Assembly: GCA_958009085.1 (NCBI GenBank)
Contig: OY253679.1
Location: forward strand, 1 to 64,000
Direction: 5' to 3'
Source: Protoeuglena noctilucae
Lineage: Eukaryota
Length of the DNA stretch: 64,000 nt
Shown in pieces: positions 13,801-26,000 of this stretch. The notes under the pieces are model-generated. The model worked only from the letters and a program-made list of their open reading frames with translations. It was not told the origin of the DNA and made no database searches. Position numbers and translations under genes: made by a program. Numbering within the stretch: position 1 is the stretch's first letter; each line of letters starts with the position of its first letter.

Positions 13801-16059
13801 GCCTTGTCCCAATCGACGGCGTCGTAGGGAGTGGGGAAGAGCTCCTCGCTGCGAGGTAAGGGGAATAGTTGGAGTTGGATAGTACAATAATATGTAGATG
13901 GGATTTGTCCCGATCTATATCATCTAAGGGCACTTTCATGCTGAAAGTATATCTACTCGTTAACGCACTCACCGCAGCGACATGACGAGGGGGGTGATGG
14001 GCCCCGTGCCCCGTGGCTCCCTTGGCGTAGACGTAACACAGTATGCATTGTTATTGCTATCTATTATATAGTTAGTATAACTATCACTCACCGCAGCGAC
14101 ATGACGAGCGGGGTGATGGGCCCCGTGGCTCTCTTTGCATACAAATAGCACATGGGGAGGTAGACCATGCGGCAGTGGCACCAGAAGCGGCCGGGGTGCA
14201 AGTAGCCGATGCCCGTCCACTTGCTGAGGGAGGGGAGGGGGTGTCCAACATGAGTGGGGTGAGTGGAGTGGGGGTGAGTGAGAGATGGTGAGGGAGTAAG
14301 AGAGTGGGGTGGAGGTAGCCGATGCCCGCTTACTTGCTGAGAGAGGGGAGGGGGTGAGAGATGGTGAGGGTGGTGTGCAAGTAACAGATGCTATCTCCTT
14401 TACCATGACCCGCATATCACACCCCCCAACACAACCCCCACCTGTATGGCAGCAGCCACGTATCCACAAACACTCACAACAACCCCCCCCCCCCCCCCCC
14501 CCCCGCCCTTCACCTGTACGGCAGCAGCCACATTTCCGGGGGCAGCGGGTTCTGCCCCTCCCACTCGTAGCACCCCAGCACGGACAGCCAGAACTTGCCC
14601 CACGAAGTGCACGCCACCGCCCCTCCCCTCTCGTGCATCCAGACGCGCGCTTTGGACATGCAGGGTTCGTCCTGCGACACCCCCAGAATCCGAAGCGCGA
14701 CGTAGTTGAGGCAGGTGCCGAACATGGTCGAGTGACCCTCGATGTGCAGGCCGTAGCCGCCGTCGGGGTTCTGGTGATTCAGCACGTAACGAACCATCTC
14801 GTGGCTGGGGGTGGGGGGGGGGGGGGGGGGAAGAGGGGTTTGGTGTTATTATTACTTGTAATGTTTGGTATTATCAGCTATATTGATAGAGTGGCGGGCC
14901 GCAACGTGGCTGGGGACAGGGGGTGCTGAGTGTATGTTATTGTAATTGTCATTATCACCAACGTTTGATCGACTAGCGCATCATTACCAATACTAACCAC
15001 CATGCCCCTCCCACTCATCACCCCCTCACCGCTGCGCCTGCCCCAGCACCTCGTCCATCGTCCCCGTGACATAGCATGCAATGACCATGCCAGGCATGAG
15101 GAACATGGGCCCCCCGTAGTCGCCGGGGAAGTGGCCATCATCCTGCTGGAGAGTGGAATACATGGAGAGACCGGCACGCAGGGAGCGCTCGACCTGAGAG
15201 TTGGAGATGAGGGGGGTGTGGTTGTGAGGGTGTGAGTGGAAGTGTTGGTGCGTGGACAGATGCGCACGCAACGTACGCTGGACCTGCGCTGTCCATGTCC
15301 TTTACACAAAACATCCCCACCTGTCCCCATCCCATCCCCCCTCACCTGCGCTGCCGTGGCTGCCCCCTTGTCCGGCACGTCCGAGGTGTCTCCATTCAAT
15401 TACGACACATCCCAGCATATCCCCCATTTCACTCTAATCCATCAACTCATCCCCCTCACCTGTGCCGCCGTGGCTGCCCCCTTGTCCGGCACGTCCGAGG
15501 TGTCCACGCGCGGGGCCTTCCACCCCCGTGCCTCGGCGCGCCTCCGCATCTGCAGTCGGAGCATCTCGTCCGAAGAGTGCTTCTGGCGATCGCGGTGGGA
15601 GGCGAAGTGGTCGCGGAGCCTGGGGGTGGGTGGGGTGAGGGGTGGGGGGGTGAGGGAGGTGGGTGCGGCGGTCACGGCGGGGGTGAGAGACAGCGCATCA
15701 CCCCCGATGCACCACATGCAAAGTGGAATTGAATGGGCGTGTCTTCGCTCGCATCGCAGAGAGCACATGACATGATAACCACGCTCCGTTGCATTTCACG
15801 CAATACACTGGATCCACATGACCCGCTCAACCCAGCCCCTCTCTCACCTCTCGACCTCCGCGCGCTCCTCCTCCGTCCCCGCGCCCTCCTCGAAGACCCA
15901 GACCTGCCGTCCGACGAAGTTGTTCAGCGTGGTGAGGTGCGCGCTGCCCGCCGCGGACTCCTGGGCGCACTTGAGCGTCCACATCCCCGCCGGGGCCGCG
16001 GCGCGGGACGCGCCGTTCGCCGCAGCGTGGCTGAGCGCTTTGCCTCCGCCGCTTGGCAT
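10866..16059 (-). CDS. CAS1: Cycloartenol synthase (2,3-oxidosqualene cyclase), multi-exon
   Basis: [88 protein letters not shown] (His and Ile typical of cycloartenol rather than lanosterol synthases), [13 protein letters not shown] and [11 protein letters not shown]. Confidence 0.96.
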
Positions 16060-17599
16060 CGGGACGGGGGCCGCGGGGACCGCACGCGCGCCGCGGATGG
16101 CGGGAAGAGCAAGCGCGGCCTGCGCAGGGCGCGGGCGGGGCGGGAAGGGCTCCCTGCGGGCAGTGCGGGGCGCGCGCGAGATGGAACAAATCATCGTCGC
16201 GCATCGCGCCCGGCGCGGGGCGGGCGCCCGCGCGCAGCAGCGCGATCCGTCCGCGGGCCACCGCCCACCGAGGATCCGGCGAGCGGGCGGTCTCGGCAGG
16301 CCGGCCGGGCGCAGCGGCGGTCTGGAGGAACTGAATAAGTGCAACGCGCGAGGCGACGGCCGGCAGCGGCGCCGGGATCCGGCGGCGAGGCCCTTGGATG
16401 TGCACACGTGAGCGAAACGCAGCCCCCGCGAGCCCCGCGGGCCGTGGGCGGAGGTCGCACCTGTTACTATTGCGTTGAGAACGAAAGGGCGTCACGAGGT
16501 AGCCCTGAGCTAGCGGAGCGGAGTTGTGGCGGGGCGGGAGCGAGATGTGCAAGGACGCAAGTCTCCCTCCTTAATTCGACTCCTTCAGCTGAATCGGAGC
16601 TCAGCGCCCATCAAGATACCGACAAACATGCGCGGCCGAGCCAACCGTGCAAGGTGAAAGGGCGGGGGGGCGTCAGGCTTGCTGCGCCAGACCGCCCAGC
16701 CCGGACTGACACTGCCCACCAGTCTCACTGGCACCGCTCAGATACCGGCCCCGGCATTGAGACACCGGCGGGGCCTGGGACGATACCCGCCGGGCAACTG
16801 ACCTTTTGGGACCCCCCAGGGCCACGGTGAGCTTGGGGGTCGGCCACGATGCGCGTCACGGGGGTGGGCGTGCCATGTTCCCAAAGCCTGCCTTAGCCCT
16901 GCGCTGCGGCCACGAGGCTGTGGCGATGGTAGGGGCCGGAGTCGGCCTTGGCCAGGAGCACTGCATCAGCCCGCAGTTCAACGCCGATGCCCTCAGGGCC
17001 GGGTGCTTGTGGCAGCGCTGGCGCGATGACAGCGATCGCCTGCGCTGACAGGCGGGGCCCCGCTTAAAGGGAAGTGCATGCCGCAGCGACAGCTACGACC
17101 CCCACTGCATGCCGCAGCAACGAACCCCGGCACAGCACAGCCACAGCGCCATGAGCAACAGCAAGACCCAGCGGCAGGCGTAACCAGTCACGGCGTCAGT
17201 GTGTCCTGGGCGCCAACCCCCGGGCCACCAGCACGACGTCCGAGTCGTCTGATGACTCTTCACCGCGGCTGCGCTTCTCGCTCACGCCTTTGACACAGGA
17301 CCGGCGAGGTCGGGACGGAGGCCCTAGTGCAGGGACGGGGGATGGGGACGGTAGCTGTGATGCAGGGTCGGGCAGCTCCACGAACTCGGCCTCCCTGCGA
17401 GGACGCGGTGGTGGGGCTACCGCAGTGGGACGAGTTCGCATGAGTCCGGGAGGGGCCCCACTCGTGCGAGTAGGACTCGGCGCGTCGGCTGTAGCTTGCT
17501 GTGCACCGTGCACCGTGTCAGCAGCATGACTAAGCGGGTGACGGAGCCCCAACCCGCGCCCGGTAGCTCTAGTATGATTAACGGTCCACTACGCAGGCC

Positions 17600-19155
17600 T
17601 CACCATGCAGCTTTGACACGCCTGGGACGCTTTGAATGCCCCGAGGTGATCCCGTTCAGCACTTTCTGGAAGCGCTTGTACGTCTCCTTGTCGAGGTTGC
17701 TCCCCGTTGCCACCTCCGACTCCGACCGGGGGAGAAACTTCCGATTCCCCTTCATAACCACGCATAAGGGAGTCCTCATGACGACACCATCCATGTCGTT
17801 CTCCCTTTGCATCTGCCGCAACTTGTCGAGGTGCTCGCGGGGGAGGAAGGCGATGTTGCCGTCCGGGATGTCGAGGCCCTTGGCCGCCGCCCACTCCCGC
17901 ACGGCCGCGTTGAGGCAGGGCCACAGCAGGTGGGGCAGCATGCCTCTCGCGTCGACGCAGTGGGCGAACCCTTGGGCAGAGAACCCATCGGGGTCCTCCA
18001 AAACCACGGCCCGGCACCGCTCGCGCACGCCCATGATGTGCGGCAGCGACCAGGGCAGCGCGACGTCCGTGGCCGCCGTGACGCTCGAGCGGATCGTCAC
18101 CACCTGGTGCACGCAGCCGGCCGGCACGACCACCACGTCGCCCGGGGCTTGCAGGAAGACGAACGGGACGATGCCCCACCGCTCCATCGCCGGGAGGTCC
18201 GACCTCGTGACCCGCAGCTCCCTCCGCTCCACGGGGTGGGTGAGCCGGTACCGATTCTCGAGGAAGGCGTCGAGCTTGTGGCGGTCTGCACGCGACCACA
18301 CGAGCCACACGGCGGCCGCAGGGCCGACGCCGGAGTCTCCGCCGTTCATGGCGGGCACAGGTGCCACCGAACCACGGCATGGGGCCCAACTCACGTGGTG
18401 CAGCCGCCCCCCTTGCGAACAGTTCCAAAAAAGAGAGCTCCATCGGCAACAATCCTGAAACGAGCCAATACTCGCAGGTGTGGCGTGTCTCCTGCGCTTG
18501 CTTCCCAACCGCGTGCCGGAGCACAAACATGACCTGTAGAGGACGATGGGGGAGACATTAAGGGTGTAGAGTGCAGTGGTGACAAGTGTGGCTGTGCTTC
18601 GCTCACCTCTTTGGCCGGGATGCGCCTGACGTAGCATTGGAGGCATTGTGCACTATGGCACAAAGCGCCGCGGCCCGTGCACTGGTAGAAATGCAGCGAG
18701 AGGGCCGTCCTGCAATGGTCACACACGATTGGCCTCCCTGGCGGCGTATACGAGCGGATCGGTAACGGCCTTGGGAAAGGCGGGGACGTGCTGTACGTGG
18801 GACAGAAGGCCTTGTCAAGCTCGGCCGACTCGAGGTCCTGGTGGTGACCTTGGAGTACCCCATTCGCAAACGCTCGTAGCCAGGGGAGGGCGTCGTAGGC
18901 GGCGGCGGCGTCCACCTCCATCTGCGGGCATCGCGCTCTGTGTGCTGCGAATGTACGGTTGCGGCCCTGGCTCTGTGGAAGCCCCGGCGCCGGCGCTCAT
19001 CTGCTGTGCGGGCGCACATGCAACTTACGCTGACGATGCGCGCCCCGGGCGGCGCCGCGCGAGGCTGGGGGGCCCGCGGGCGGGGCTTTTTGGTGATGTT
19101 GAATAGGGTTTGGGAACCTCCCTCCCGATCCTGCCCTTCTCCGGCGACCGGGCTG
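17600..19155 (-). CDS. KDM3/JMJD1 (JMJ25-like) JmjC protein with upstream Cys/His zinc finger; probably catalytically degenerate; gene model incomplete
   Basis: CDHCRTALSLHFYQC..CHSAQCLQC, then AVWLVWSRADRHKLDAFL..HPV..WGIVPFVFLQAPGDVVVVPAGCVHQV..SSVTAATDV, matching the KDM3 JmjC C-terminal half. The frame join between the two blocks is unresolved. Confidence 0.7.
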
Positions 19156-20039
19156 CAGAGATCACAACAAATCTGTCACAGGTGTATCGACGGACAGACC
19201 ATCGGCCCAGAAACGGGCCATCCGGCGCCGGGACGGCCTCGGTGCATGCACGGACATGAAGCGGGCTGCATGCCTGTCGGAGTGTCGGATTGACGTTGCG
19301 AGGCCACGATGCAGTCTGAACGGTGACACAGAGTGAAGTGCTGGGCCGTTTCGTTGATGGGCAAGCACGCAAACCTCAAAAGCCACTGCCCGACAGAGCC
19401 TCGAGTCCTTGTAAACTGCGTCAGACGCGACAGAAAACGACTGTGTCCCAACCTGCACGAGGCGGGGTGCTGCAGAGGCCCAGGGGGGCGAGCCTTTTCG
19501 GGCAGGGCACTGCTAGGGTGCGTCCCCAATTGCACCAAGGCTGGGCGTCTCAATACGTGATTTTCCTCTCATGCCATTTCTGAGAACTTAGCACGACTCC
19601 TGTCGGTGGTCGGGCCCCATCGCTCAGGCCCAGGCATCGCGCGGCCTGCAGCGTGCTTGGACATGTGGGCGCGGTGACCCGAGAGGCCCCTTGGACGTGG
19701 TTTGCGCCTTCTCCGAAAACGTTGATAGCCCAAGAGGCGTACTGGGATGCCGGAGAGCGCTGTGTGAGTTCCTACGATGCAGGCGGACGATGCGAACCTG
19801 CCACTCCGGGCCGAATCTCGGTCCGGCGGGCGCTCGCCTTCGCCGACCTTCGCGGGGACTCTCGGTGACTCACCGCGGCTTTCCGTGAGAGGAGCTCTGC
19901 ACTCCATCGTCCGCCAGTCTGGGTGAGGGGTCCGCACCGACCTGCCGCGCCCTTTCCGCTCCGCGCTGCGCCAAGGACGCGCGCCTGCGACCGTCCGCGG
20001 CGACGCACGCATCGTGTTCCATCGTCCCTTCGCAGCGAG

Positions 20040-23000
20040 ATGGGCAGCGCGTCGCTTCCGCCCGTCCCCTCCACGTCGGGCCGTGCCCCCGCGTCGTCCC
20101 CGCCCCGCCGCTCGCCTCCTCCGCGCGTCGCGGTGCAGAGTCCCCGCCGTTTCCAGCACCTGATGGCGCTGCGCAAGGCGGGGCTGGAACGCGAGCTCGG
20201 GAAGGGCGTGGAGGTCAAGGGGCGCGTCGTGCATGACATTCGCGACACCGGTGACCGCCGCGATGCGCTTTGGGGATGCTCTGTGTGCTGTGTACCTCCA
20301 TGGCTACCTTATCTACCGTTTCTCGGCCCTTTTGCGGTGCAGTGCGCGACCGTTGGAACGCGCGCGAGATGGACGGGGCGGAAAAGGAGGAGCAGCGGCG
20401 CAGGGACGGCGCGGGGCCGGGCCTGGAGCTCCGAGACGCCAGGAATAAACGTCGCGCAAGTCCTCCTCGCGCCCCGGACGCCTTCATGGCCCCGCTCGCG
20501 ATTCAAGAGGCGCGGCGCAAGCTGGTGGGGCGGGAGGGCGACCCGAAGGGCATTCTCCCCACGGCGCTGTACGCGACGCTGCACGGGATGCGCCAGGAGG
20601 CGAAGGACGCGGAGAGGGACGTGAGGGTCGGGAGAGGGGGGCTGCGGCGCGCGGTGGAGCGCGCGAATGGGCCGATGGATATGGCGGCAGTGGGGCAGGG
20701 GGGTCGGGCGGTGGGATGCCCGGGCATCCTACTGCCGCAGGGGTGAGGGGGTGGTGGGCGGACTGGGTAGTGGTGTGTATGTGTCGATTGTGTACTGATC
20801 ACTAGCACATGGGAGCGATGCATGGTGTCAGTCATCTCACGCATTGTTCCTCACACCATCGCAGGGTTCTGGGAAATGGGGAGTCCGCGATCGTCTCATG
20901 CTGCGTCAACACCAAGCGGCGGCTGCTGCTGACCAGCGACGACAAGCAGCTGTGCTACTATGCGCCCGACAGACCCGTGAGTGGGGTGGCATGGGTGCGG
21001 GAATGGGTGAAGTGCGAAGTGAAGAGGGAAGTAACAGTTACAGTTACAGTAACACTAACAATATAATATAATATAATATTTTACGCTCATTCGTCATTCT
21101 TAACTCAGGTCCTGTCGGTCCCGCTCCCCCCCGGCACCACCACGCGCCACCTGATGTACGACCGCGTGGCGGACGTGGTGTTTGCGGTGCGCGGCGAGCA
21201 CAAGATTCTGACACTCCACCCGCGCCAGTTGACACCCCTGGGCATCCCGAAAACGTCGGAAGACGCCGTGCTGTGCGCCGCGATTGGTATTAAGCAAAGA
21301 GTGGTGGTGACGGGGCACGCGAAGGGGGTCATCACGGTGTGGCGCATTCATGACCCGGAGTTGCTGGGGAGGCCGTCGGCGGCGTCGGCGGCGTCGGTGC
21401 GGCTGGTGGCGACCCAGGTGAGGGGATGAGGGTTGTGGTGGGAGGGAGGGTGGGTGCGGCTGGTGGCGACGCATGTGGCATAGATAAACATGACAAGTTA
21501 TATGATGAGTACTTATTAGCTACGGATGATATGACAGTACAATGTATTAAGAGTAATATCACGCCCACGTCTGCCCTTGCAGCACCTGGAGCCCCCCTCC
21601 GGGGTCACCGAGGGCCACTGGGTGTCTGAGATCATCGTGACTGAGGGGGATATGGAGTGGGCGATGGCGGCCGTGGACACGAGCGTGCACCTGTGGGACC
21701 TGAGGAGGGGGGCGCTCGTCATGCGCATGGAGGTGAGGGGGTGGATGGTTGTAGAGTGAGGGGGCTAGGGAGGGGTGCGATGCGTCGCGGGGATGTGGGG
21801 ACTAAGGGAACAGGGATGCCAGCTAAGCGTTATGTTGTAAGCAAACAGGTTTCGATGTTAATATTATTATTATGCATTCCAATCCCCCAGTGCCTGCACG
21901 ACCTGCCCATCACGAGCCTGTCGTTCGATGAGGAGGCCAAGCACCTGGCGACGGGGTCCTCCGATTGGACGGTCCGGGTCTGGGATTTGAAAAAAGATGT
22001 CATGGAGCTGACCGTGGCGGCGCTGGTGGCCGAGGACAAGAGGGCCACGCTCGCGGAGGTGACAGGGGGGGGGGAAGGACGTGGGGGGTTCTGGCTAGTA
22101 AATAGTAATAACTAGTAGTTATATTGGGGACTATACAAAGGGTGGTGCTGGTGGCCGAGGACAAGAGGGCCACGCTGGCGGAGGTGAGGTAAAGGGTGCA
22201 GTCGATGCGGAGTTACAATTACTACAATTATAGCTAGTATTATCATCAGTAACTCAATCCGTCGCATATCACAAACACTCCCCACTCCCACTCCCACCCC
22301 AGACCCTGGCCTCCCACCGCGCCCCCGTGACGAACGTGCTGTGGCACCCCACCTCGCGCGTGCTGCTGTCGTCTTCCGAGGACGGATACCTGCGAATGTA
22401 CGACGGCAAATCGATCGAGGAATGGGACAGTTTACAGTTAGTGCAAGTGGGCATGGCGGGGACGTCCGAGTGCGGCATACCCACAGCGGGCGACGAGCTG
22501 CCAGAAACCGTCCGGCTGTCGTTTTTGAATATCGTCGACGCGCACGCGGAGGGGTTTTACGTGGCTGCGGCGGTGGGGCCGCGGGTGGCGTTCCTGGACG
22601 TGCAGCCCGGGAAGCGGTTTCTGGCGGGGTTGCCCCAGCCGGCGGTGCAGCTGCACCTGAGGGGGCACGCGGCGCCGGCGGGGTGGCAGGAGGTGAGGGG
22701 ACGGGTGGGGGGGTTGATTGAGGAATGGGGTTTGTTGTTTGTTGATGGGCTTGTGGTGGAATGGGAGGGTCGGTGGGGGTGGGGGCAGTGGTGGCGGGTG
22801 ATTGCCTGGTGTTAAAACGATAAACGTAATAACGATTTCGAGTGAAAGATAATCACTGTGTAATTATATTGACATAAAATAAATAAATAAAGATATTATA
22901 TTTGATAACAACAAACAACTCCCCCCCCAGGGCCGCCCCTGGACTCCCGACGTCTTCGTTCTGGACGAGCACGGGGGCATCAGCGTGTTGGACACCCGCA

Positions 23001-26000
23001 CCGGATCCTGCAGCGTCGAGTTTCAGACGCAGAGCCGCAGGATTCTGGCGGGGGGGCAGGGGAGGGTTGACCCCACGAGGGAGCTGCCCTTCTGGTTCCG
23101 GTGAGGCTGTTTCTTGGTTTGAGAAATGGGAATTGAGAAACGATAATATCATGTTTGAGTATTTATAGAATTAGATGGCCATGCCGCGCAGTGCAAGCAT
23201 GCCTCAGAGATGCGGGGGTTTCCAAATGTTGTTAATTGCTATAACTACATGAAATGATAGCATAGCTGGTATTCCAAGTATCGATGTTTCTCCGATTCCC
23301 ACCCCCCAGGGCCTCCCGTGCGGGCGCGGACGTGATAACGTGCTGTCTGGTGCTGGAGCACGAGGACGAGGTGTACACGGGGTGGTCGCGCGGGGGGTTG
23401 GAGGTTCAAACCCTGCGGCCGTCGGGGAAGGGCTTTTTGGAGGACCTGGCCATCCGCAAGGCAGACTACCTGGCAGAGCACCCCGTCAACCGCGAGTACG
23501 CCGTCACTTGTTTATGTCGCATACAGCCCCGGGCGCTGGCCGACATGGACATGGCAGGGCTGCACCGGTGAGCGGTGGTTATCAGTTATTATAGTGTTGT
23601 TATAAATAATACAATGGTGGCACACGTTTCTGTGTTGCATCCAGCCGCGGGCGCTGGCCGACATGGACATGGCCGGGCTGCACCGGTGAGGATGAGAGGA
23701 GTCATAACCTGTATTGGTTAATGTGAAGTGGATGACGGCGCATACAGCCACGGGCGCTGGCCGACATGGACATGGCGGGGCTGCACAGGTGAATTATCTC
23801 CATCAATACTGCAACTAACGCTGCATAGTTATGGCAATAATATATGTACATACTCACCTGATCGTCACTACTAGTAATGCTAGTCCCCACACCCTTTCCC
23901 CTCAGGGCCCTCCGCAAGCTCCGGGACTTCGAGGGCCATCGGTGGAACGACGGGGGCAAATCCAAAAACTCAAATTCGAGAGGGCAAGCGAACGCGGCCG
24001 GCGACGCGATGCGGGGGTTCCTGCAGATCATCCGGGCCGCCAGGGCGGGGAGGCGGTGGAGGGAGCGGGTGCGGAAGCCCATCGTGGTGTACGGCACCTC
24101 CGACGGGCTGCTCGTGGTGACAGACGTATGCTGTTGTTATTGTTATTTTTATAATTAGTAATGTATTATTATTGGTTCTTTTTGATAATGTGCGCGTGAT
24201 GATGCAAGGGCTGTTCGTGGCTAGTGCCCTTCCCAACACGCGCCTGCATCCACATGCCAGCGTTACCGATCATAATACAACCATAACCATTATATATTCA
24301 GCGTTCTTTATTCCTTATTTAACCCCTCCCCTTCTCCCCCAGATGGCCACCCGCCAGCGTAACACACGCCCCCACATCGTGGAGGCCCACGCCTCCCCCG
24401 TGGTCCAGGTCATACCCGTGGACGTCCGATCCTCGATCGTCTCCCTTGATCGCGATAACCATGTCAAGATATGGGGCTTCGTGCCCCCCCAGGCGCTGCC
24501 CATGACCCTCAAGACGAGGGCGCTGCCGGGCATCCTCGCCCCCATGATGCAGTTCCAGTGAGGGGTTATAACGGTTGTGACTATGATATCTTTTCTAGTT
24601 AAATTAATCTGTGATGACTGATACCGACCCCATAATGCAGTAAACGCTTTGTTTCAAATTTATCATAACCTCATTCCTTTATCTACCATCCACTACTGCC
24701 TACTCCCCCCGCAGGGTCCCCCTCCAGGCCATCACCTGCGTCGCGTTTGTATTAAGACACAACGCCCCGCCTGCACAAAGCCGCAAAGTGCAGCGACCGC
24801 AGACGGAGATCAGGGTGAGGGGGTGGTGGGTCGGGGATGATGAATGAGGGGTGCTGTCACTGCGGAACGTGATGTGGGTGCATGCGGGGGTGAAGGTGAG
24901 GGGCGTGTTGGCGGGAATATTTGAGGGGTGCTGTGGGTGTGGAGCGGGGCAGAGTGACGTGGGAAGGGCGTGGGAATGGCGAGGGGTGCGGGGTGCAACC
25001 CCTGCATAACCTCCATTGAATCATTGAAAAGACACACCGCTATGGCTGGTATATAATTATAACAATTACAAGATATCATAACTCACCCTTTTTATCCACC
25101 CCCCGCAGCCCCACCCAGTGTCTGCCGCCCGCCCCCCCCGCGCCTCCGCCCCGGGACTCGCACTGACGAGGAACGACGCTGTCACTAGCAACCCCAGCAC
25201 TGTCAACGCCAGCACTACTACCACTGCCATCGCCACCATCAACTCCAGTGTTAGCGCGGGCGTGGCCGAGGGCGCTCCCACCGACCCCACCGCCCCCCCC
25301 ACCGCTGTGTTACCGTCATCTCGCCCGGTGCTGCAGCGTCGATTGATGGTGATTGAAACGCACACGGGCGCATTGGAGAGGCCTGCGGACAGGGAGTGGG
25401 TGCTGGAGATGTACCTGGGGGGTGGCACGGGGGACGTGTGCCACGTGGAGGTGGCGGGGATCGAGAGCCCCACGCAGGAGGTGAGGAATGGTGTGGATAC
25501 TAGATTTACTATAATTAATGATAAGTAAACATGAGTTGCTTGTATGGAATGGTTGAGACGGGTGGGATGGGTTCATAAGTAAGCAGCATGCCAAGATGTA
25601 CATGTTTATGATTCTTTAAGCTATCTTTATGTAAATCAATAACTATCGCTCACTCCTTCCCAGGAAGTGAACGAGGTCCTCAGCGCCATGCCCCACAACA
25701 CGGGCAGCATGCCCCCCCGCCCCCCCGTCCGCCACAACGACAGCTGCCGCGTTCTGAGGACGCTGATGCTGCACCGGAGCAGGGTGGCGGCGATCGCGGT
25801 GTCCGACGCGCTGATCGCGAGTGCGGACATGAACGGGGCGGTGGTGGTGTGGGACGCACACAGCCGCAGGGCGCTCGCGCAGGTGAGAGTGGGTGTGGGG
25901 AGGGTCATTGATGTTAGTAGCTGTAAGTGATTGTAACGTGGGGTTGATCAATGAACCATTTAATGGGATCCATTCTATGTTCGCGTCTAACTTTTGACAC

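Noticed and set aside
16500..19600. JmjC region as a transposon
   Set aside because: No terminal repeats, target duplication or transposase/RT motif found by eye.
23506..23792. Repeat-spacer pattern as a CRISPR array
   Set aside because: The repeats are copies of a coding exon end in a eukaryotic gene, there are only three, and no cas genes are present.
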